Shown here: in pieces, positions 58,741 to 64,000 of the stretch
Position numbering within the stretch: the first letter of the stretch is position 1
Layout: each line of letters begins with the position of its first letter
Source: Nitrospirota bacterium
GTDB lineage: Bacteria; Nitrospirota; UBA9217
DNA: 64,000 nucleotides
Direction: 5' to 3'
Assembly (NCBI GenBank): GCA_963740085.1
Contig: CAVUCU010000001.1
Coordinates: 256,001-320,000 of the forward strand
The notes under the pieces: generated by a model
The model's database searches: none
What the model was told of the DNA's origin: nothing
Seen by the model: only the letters and a program-made list of their open reading frames with translations
Position numbers and translations under genes: made by a program

Positions 58741-59310
58741 ATGAAAATCTTGGACGATCTAGAAATGACTAAACCACAGAACATTGCAACAACCCATACT
58801 GCAGGACAACGTCGCACAATGAGACCGTTAAGACCGCGCGGTGCAAGTCAAGCCCATGATCCTGTCGATTTCGTTGCACTCCTCCAACCTCTCGTCGACC
58901 GGGGCCGCGAACACGCGTCGAACAAGTCTGTTCGCGTCGAATTCGTCCATGATGAGGCCCGGACTGTCTGCATATTCGACGAAAATAAATTTTTTCAGAT
59001 CTCAGCCTGCCTGTTGCAAAATGCGATACGTTCCACAAGCCGTGGGACGATTGCGGTCATTGCAAAGCGCGAGCGCTGCTGGTTTCACATGACGATCGCG
59101 GACACGGGCCACGGGGATGCGGGTGCCGGTGGCTTGATCACGGCTCGGAAACTCACAGGCCTTTTCGGCGGCTCGCTGGCGGTAGCGAGCAAGACAGGCG
59201 AAGGGACCATCGCGCAGGTCTGCCTGCCTGTCATCTGCTTGACGGGACAGGACGTGACTGCAGTTCCTCTTGACGTCATTGTCAATGGAAGACGCTATGA
59301 CGCCGGTTGA
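58741..59310 (+). CDS. Stand-alone degenerate HATPase_c protein
   Basis: LLQNAIRST (N box), DTGHG (G1), GGSL...GEGT; no H-box; start uncertain. Confidence 0.55.
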   Translation: MKILDDLEMTKPQNIATTHTAGQRRTMRPLRPRGASQAHDPVDFVALLQPLVDRGREHASNKSVRVEFVHDEARTVCIFDENKFFQISACLLQNAIRSTSRGTIAVIAKRERCWFHMTIADTGHGDAGAGGLITARKLTGLFGGSLAVASKTGEGTIAQVCLPVICLTGQDVTAVPLDVIVNGRRYDAG

Positions 59311-59430
59311 CGTCTCCTCTTTTCAATGCGCCAGAGAAACTTCAATCGAGAGGTCAATCCCAGCGAATACAGAAGGGAGCGGCGGCATCATACCGGGCTT
59401 GCGCTTCAGATCTGCGTTATTTCACGAAAA

Positions 59431-59475
59431 TGCAACATCGTTGTCATTACCATGTAATACAGACAATGCTACGAT
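59431..59475 (+). promoter_or_regulatory. Pho-box-like repeats
   Basis: TGCAAC/TGTCAT/TGTAAT at 59431/59442/59453, then TACGAT at 59470. Confidence 0.55.
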
Positions 59476-59510
59476 AATTATAAAATTCAACGGAAAAAAG
59501 CGGAGGATAT

Positions 59511-59792
59511 ATGAGCGACCTTCAAAAGCGGTGTCAGGCAATCTGCGGAAAGTACACCCATCGATGCTACACACCCGACGGAAACCGATTTGAATGTCTA
59601 TCGGACACGTTGACAGACAAAATGCGGGCGATGCGTGAGGTCATCGCGATCGGCATTGAGCGGAATGCCTGCCCTCAGGTGGCCGGTATTCTCAACGTAG
59701 CCACTGAGAATGTCGACGAGGTGCTGGAGTGGCTGAATTACCTTCACTCCATGCGGGACGGAGTCATGCGGGAAAATTACCGTATGCAGTAG
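59511..59792 (+). CDS. Hypothetical protein
   Basis: GGAGGA RBS, 93 aa, several Cys. Confidence 0.55.
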   Translation: MSDLQKRCQAICGKYTHRCYTPDGNRFECLSDTLTDKMRAMREVIAIGIERNACPQVAGILNVATENVDEVLEWLNYLHSMRDGVMRENYRMQ

Positions 59793-59884
59793 CGCAGCGA
59801 TAAAATGAAGCGGGAAATCACGATCTGCCGGTGTTATACTCTTTGGAGAAATCAATTTCGACTTAAGTCTTTTCTTTATCGAAA

Positions 59885-59917
59885 TGTAATGTGATTGTAA
59901 CATAATTGTAACAATTC
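59885..59917 (+). promoter_or_regulatory. Pho box of the pst operon
   Basis: TGTAATGTGAT-TGTAACATAAT-TGTAACAATTC, 11-bp period, directly upstream of pstS. Confidence 0.8.
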
Positions 59918-59957
59918 TATGATAAACAATGTGATATACAATTTAAGGAGGAAGTCT

Positions 59958-60971
59958 ATGAAAAAAGTCTTAGCAGCATTGGCAGTGGCAACAGTTTTGA
60001 TGTTCAACGGCAGCGCGTTACAAGCGGAAGAAATGTTAAACGGTGCAGGGGCCACATTCCCCTATCCGGTGTATTCCGCATGGGCGAATGAGTACAACAA
60101 GATAACGGGGATGAAACTCAACTATCAATCCATCGGCTCAGGCGGCGGGATCAAGCAGATCACCGAACGCACCGTGGACTTCGGCGCATCGGACAAACCG
60201 CTCAAACCTGAAGAGCTGGCCAAGGCAAACCTGCTCCAGTTCCCGGCGGTCATCGGCGGCGTTGTACCCGTGATCAATATCCCCGGGATCAAGGCCGGAG
60301 AATTGAGGCTCGATGCTGACGCAGTTTGCAAGATCTATATGGGTGAGATCAAGAACTGGAACGATCCCAAGATCAAAGGGATGAATCCCAAGCTCAACCT
60401 CCCCGCAAGCGAGATCACCGTGGTCCATCGCTCGGACGGCTCCGGAACGACGGCGATCTTCACGGATTACCTGAGCGACGTGTGTCCGGCCTGGAAGGAA
60501 AAGGTCGGCGCCGGCACCTCCGTCAGCTGGCCGGTCGGCATCGGCGGCAAAGGGAACGAGGGTGTTGCCAACTACGTACAGCAGCAGAAAAACTCGATCG
60601 GATACGTGGAATTCGCCTATGCCAAGCAGAACAACCTCAGCCATACGGTCCTTAAGAACCATGCAGGCACGTTCGTGGAACCGAGCTTCGCGAGCTTCGA
60701 AGATGCGGCCGCAACGGCCAGTTTCGACCCTGCCAAACACTTCTATCTCTGGCTGAACGACGCGCCGGGCAAGAAGGCATGGCCCATCGCGGGGGCCACG
60801 TTCATTCTCCTTGCCAAGGAGAAAAAGGAATCGAACATGAAGGTGGTCAAATTCTATGAGTGGGCGTTCAAGAACGGAGATGGCAAGGCAAAGGAACTGA
60901 TCTATGTCCCCCTCCCAAAATCGTTGAAGGCCAAGGTTGAAGGCTACTGGAAGTCGAACGGCATCCAGTAG
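59958..60971 (+). CDS. pstS: Phosphate ABC transporter substrate-binding protein
   Basis: GAGATFP.P, YQSIGSGGG, DFGASD, RSDGSGTT, GKGNEGV. Confidence 0.97.
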   Translation: MKKVLAALAVATVLMFNGSALQAEEMLNGAGATFPYPVYSAWANEYNKITGMKLNYQSIGSGGGIKQITERTVDFGASDKPLKPEELAKANLLQFPAVIGGVVPVINIPGIKAGELRLDADAVCKIYMGEIKNWNDPKIKGMNPKLNLPASEITVVHRSDGSGTTAIFTDYLSDVCPAWKEKVGAGTSVSWPVGIGGKGNEGVANYVQQQKNSIGYVEFAYAKQNNLSHTVLKNHAGTFVEPSFASFEDAAATASFDPAKHFYLWLNDAPGKKAWPIAGATFILLAKEKKESNMKVVKFYEWAFKNGDGKAKELIYVPLPKSLKAKVEGYWKSNGIQ

Positions 60972-61009
60972 AACAGAGTCAAGAATATTAAAATAGAAGT
61001 TGAAATGTA

Positions 61010-61044
61010 CGGGTCGGGTATATATACTATTTATACCTGACCCG
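61010..61044. repeat. Intergenic hairpin between pstS and pstC
   Basis: CGGGTCGGGTATA / TATACCTGACCCG. Confidence 0.6.
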
Positions 61045-61089
61045 TTCGTTTTTATCATTATCCCCCGGCAAAGCAGAAAGGTCCGCTCC

Positions 61090-62031
61090 TTGGCCATTTC
61101 CCCCAGGAAAAATGTTTTCGATCTGTTTTTTTCATCCCTCACCGCTGTTGCGTCCATGACCGTCATCATTTTCATCATCGGAATTCTGATCGTCCTCGTC
61201 AAGGAGTCTTCGCTTGCGATCGGAAAGTTCGGGGTGATCGAATTTCTGACCTCGACCGCATGGAACCCGGTAAAGGGGATCTTCGGGGCCGCGACCACCA
61301 TTTACGGCACCTTCGTCACAACCGCCCTCGCGCTCCTCTTCGCCATACCCACTGCCATCGGCATTGCCGTTTTCGTGACCGAGATCGCGCCGAATTTTCT
61401 CAAAGGCCCCATTGGCGTCGCTATCGAGCTTCTGGCCGCGATCCCGAGCATCATCTACGGCATGTGGGGATTATTTACCCTCGCTCCCATCATGTCGAAA
61501 TACATCGAACCGGCTCTCCAAAGCACGGCAGGCGAACTGCCCCTTGTCGGCATGCTGTTCAAAGGCACACCCATGGGGATCGACCTCCTGACCGCGAGCG
61601 TTATCCTGGCTATCATGATCATTCCCTTCACGGCCAGCATCTCACGCGATTCATTCAACCTGACACCTCCGGTGGTCAAGGAATCCGCGTATGCCATCGG
61701 CGCGACGAAATGGGAGGTCGTGAAGAACGTCGTCCTCCCCTACTCCAAGCTCGGCGTATTCGGAGGGGTGGCCCTTTCGCTCGGCCGGGCCTTGGGCGAA
61801 ACCATGGCCGTTGCCTTTGTGCTCGGGAATAATCATAAGATCGCCACATCGCTCTTCGACGCCGCATCGACCATCACGGTGAGCCTCGCGAATGAATTCA
61901 CGGAAGCCGACAGCGATCTTTATCTCTCATCGCTCTACTACCTTGCGCTCGTGCTGTTTGTGATGAGCTTCATCGTTCTTGCAATCGCGAAGTTCTTCCT
62001 GCTGAAGGCGGAGAGGAAGTATTCGCGATAA
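61090..62031 (+). CDS. pstC: Phosphate ABC transporter permease
   Basis: ELLAAIPSIIYGMWG, LGRALGETMAV; start estimated at TTG 61090. Confidence 0.95.
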   Translation: MAISPRKNVFDLFFSSLTAVASMTVIIFIIGILIVLVKESSLAIGKFGVIEFLTSTAWNPVKGIFGAATTIYGTFVTTALALLFAIPTAIGIAVFVTEIAPNFLKGPIGVAIELLAAIPSIIYGMWGLFTLAPIMSKYIEPALQSTAGELPLVGMLFKGTPMGIDLLTASVILAIMIIPFTASISRDSFNLTPPVVKESAYAIGATKWEVVKNVVLPYSKLGVFGGVALSLGRALGETMAVAFVLGNNHKIATSLFDAASTITVSLANEFTEADSDLYLSSLYYLALVLFVMSFIVLAIAKFFLLKAERKYSR

Positions 62032-62160
62032 AGGATCTTTTGTCACTGAAGAGGCGGATTGACTTATGATTTTCACGGAGAGAATCACTGCAGCATCATG
62101 CTTTTTCAAAGATCGATCCGTAACAATCAGTGTCAAAGGTTTTTTGAACTTACGTATACC

Positions 62161-63003
62161 ATGACCACAGAACAGAAACGGAAAATAGAAGGAATAATCG
62201 CCCTTTCGTTGAGCGGACTCGCGGCCGCCATCGGTCTCTTCTGGCTCGTCTATATTTTGACCGATGTCATAACCCACGGCATCGGGGCCATTACGCCCGG
62301 CCTTTTTTTCAATGACCCTGCGCCCGCGGGAGTCGAAGGGGGCGGGCTCAGGAACGCCTTTGTCGGACAATTGATGATCACGGCGTTCTCGGTCCTGATC
62401 GGGGTGCCTGTCGGCGTCCTGGGAGGGACCTTCCTTGCCGAGTACGCGCGGGGTAAAAAGATCGCGCGGATCATCAGCGTTCTTTCAGACATCATGGTGA
62501 GTGTTCCCTCCATCGTCGTTGGCGCCTTTGTATATGCGATCCTTGTCCGGCCGCTCCATCACTTCAGCGGATGGGCCGGCGCATTCGCGCTTTCGATCAT
62601 TATGATCCCCGTGGTTCTCCGTACGACCGAGGATATGTTGTCTCTTGTCCCCTGGACCATACGTGAAGCAGCCTTTGCCCTCGGGGCCCCCTATTACAAG
62701 GTGATCATCCAGGTCGTCTATCGCGCCGCGGCCACAGGCATTTTTACGGGGATCCTTCTGTCGATCGCCCGCATCGCAGGAGAAACAGCCCCCCTGCTGT
62801 TCACCTCTTTTAACAACAACTTCCATTCAACGAACATGAACGGACCCATGGCGTCGCTGACGGTGACGATATTCCAGTATGCCATGGGGCCTTATAAAAG
62901 CTGGCATTCCCAGGCATGGGGCGCGGCATTAATGATCACCTTGTTTATTCTTGCCCTCACGATCGCCGGCAGATTAATCATCCGTTGGAGGTATAAACGT
63001 TGA
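62161..63003 (+). CDS. pstA: Phosphate ABC transporter permease
   Basis: [23 protein letters not shown]. Confidence 0.95.
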   Translation: MTTEQKRKIEGIIALSLSGLAAAIGLFWLVYILTDVITHGIGAITPGLFFNDPAPAGVEGGGLRNAFVGQLMITAFSVLIGVPVGVLGGTFLAEYARGKKIARIISVLSDIMVSVPSIVVGAFVYAILVRPLHHFSGWAGAFALSIIMIPVVLRTTEDMLSLVPWTIREAAFALGAPYYKVIIQVVYRAAATGIFTGILLSIARIAGETAPLLFTSFNNNFHSTNMNGPMASLTVTIFQYAMGPYKSWHSQAWGAALMITLFILALTIAGRLIIRWRYKR

Positions 63004-63764
63004 CGGTACCTATCGAGATCGAGGTCAAGGACCTGAATTTTTATTACAACGGGGACATCCATGCGTTGAACAATATTTCATTGCCGGTCTCCAGGTACAA
63101 TGTCACCGCCCTCATCGGGCCCTCGGGCTGCGGCAAGACCACGCTGCTCCGGTGCTTCAACCGGATGCACGACCTTTACCCGAAGCATCGTTACGAAGGG
63201 GAGATCATTTTTCAGGGAAAGAACATCCTCGCGGATAACATCGACCTGATCAATCTCAGAAGCCGCATCGGCATGGTCTTTCAGAAACCGACCCCGTTTC
63301 CCATGTCCATTGCCGAGAACATCGCCTATGGGCTCAGACTGAAGGGGATCAAGAACAAGTCAGAGCTTATCGGTCGCATCGAGGAGGCGCTCAAGAACGC
63401 CGCCCTCTGGGGTGAGGTTCGGGATAAATTGAACGCCAGCGCCTATGACCTTTCAGGCGGGCAACAGCAGCGGCTCGTGATAGCGCGGGCCCTTGCGGTG
63501 GAACCCGAGGTGCTCCTCTTCGATGAGCCGACCTCGGCCCTCGACCCCATCTCGACGGCAAAGATCGAGGAGCTTGTTGCGAGCCTGAAGAAGAACATCA
63601 CCATTATCATCGTAACCCATAACATGCAGCAGGCGGCCCGGGTGTCGGACATGACCGGGTTCCTCTATCTGGGCGAACTCATTGAATTCGGCGCCACGGA
63701 GAAGATATTCACGAATCCCGACAAGAAACAGACCGATGATTACATTACGGGAAGGTTTGGTTGA
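63000..63764 (+). CDS. pstB: Phosphate ABC transporter ATPase
   Basis: [45 protein letters not shown]. Confidence 0.97.
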   Translation: MTVPIEIEVKDLNFYYNGDIHALNNISLPVSRYNVTALIGPSGCGKTTLLRCFNRMHDLYPKHRYEGEIIFQGKNILADNIDLINLRSRIGMVFQKPTPFPMSIAENIAYGLRLKGIKNKSELIGRIEEALKNAALWGEVRDKLNASAYDLSGGQQQRLVIARALAVEPEVLLFDEPTSALDPISTAKIEELVASLKKNITIIIVTHNMQQAARVSDMTGFLYLGELIEFGATEKIFTNPDKKQTDDYITGRFG

Positions 63765-63767
63765 TGC

Positions 63768-63842
63768 ATTGCGGAATTATGAGCGTAGATTGTCGATTAT
63801 CAGATCGGAAATCTAAAATCTGCAATCCGAAATTCGAAATCC
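63768..63842. repeat. Degenerate inverted heptamer arrays (ATTGCGG/ATTGTCG ... AATCTAA AATCTGC AATCCGA AATTCGA)
   Basis: 7-bp periodicity in the pstB-phoU gap. Confidence 0.6.
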
Positions 63843-63854
63843 AAGGAGAAAATA

Positions 63855-64000
63855 ATGTCCAGCCAGAAAGAACAGGAACTCGAAAAGCTCAAGGAACGGA
63901 TACTCGCGATGGGAGGGTTCGTCGAGGACGCAATACGGAGATCCGTCAAGGCCCTCGTTGAGCGGGATCGTGCCCTGGCGGTCCAGGTCATCGACGGAGA
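63855..64000 (+). CDS. phoU: Phosphate signalling protein PhoU (3' partial)
   Basis: AAGGAG RBS; MSSQKEQELEKLKERILAMGGFVEDAIRRSVKALVERDRALAVQVIDG; follows pstB. Confidence 0.93.
   Translation, partial: MSSQKEQELEKLKERILAMGGFVEDAIRRSVKALVERDRALAVQVIDG

Noticed and set aside
15644-61301. Long antisense ORFs (e.g. 15644-16714, 19618-20721, 21968-23182, 26918-27955, 34089-35141, 55341-56315, 60138-61301)
   Set aside because: These are shadow frames of well-supported genes, expected from GC-rich codon bias.
63761-63961. 66-aa ORF after pstB
   Set aside because: It translates the heptamer repeat and overlaps phoU in another frame.

Overview
Bacterial chromosomal window, mostly GC-rich core genes. 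Gene content and style suggest Nitrospirota or a deltaproteobacteria-like lineage; this is inference only. Core content in order: end of a cytochrome c oxidase operon (coxB C-terminus, heme o synthase), purM-purN, tRNA-Ala(CGC), an LpoA-like lipoprotein, site-2 protease-trpS, polyprenyl synthase-AMMECR1, an HDAC-family deacetylase, type II/IV secretion F/E and pseudopilin genes, a P-type ATPase, lsrF-ADH-MFS, gpsA-larB, two cardiolipin synthases, larC-GxxExxY-nadE-rsmI, an archaeal-type SAM synthetase, phoB-phoR, a Pho-box-preceded psiE/GH1/PHP/GT21 cluster, and pstSCAB-phoU. An AT-richer accessory stretch lies between purN and the tRNA 3' end. The most striking unexplained structure is a GxxExxY (PD-(D/E)xK) nuclease gene enclosed by 27-bp inverted arms built from ~9-bp units. 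At least six gene-less copies of the same arm architecture sit at intergenic junctions, suggesting an autonomous/non-autonomous mobile or homing element family. Several other families of short palindromic elements occur, some nested or inserted in coding sequence. Also notable: a 61-bp tandem repeat encoding translationally coupled mini-copies of the ispB C-terminus, and a candidate phosphate-starvation glycolipid-remodelling module. All family assignments come from motif recognition; no database searches were run.
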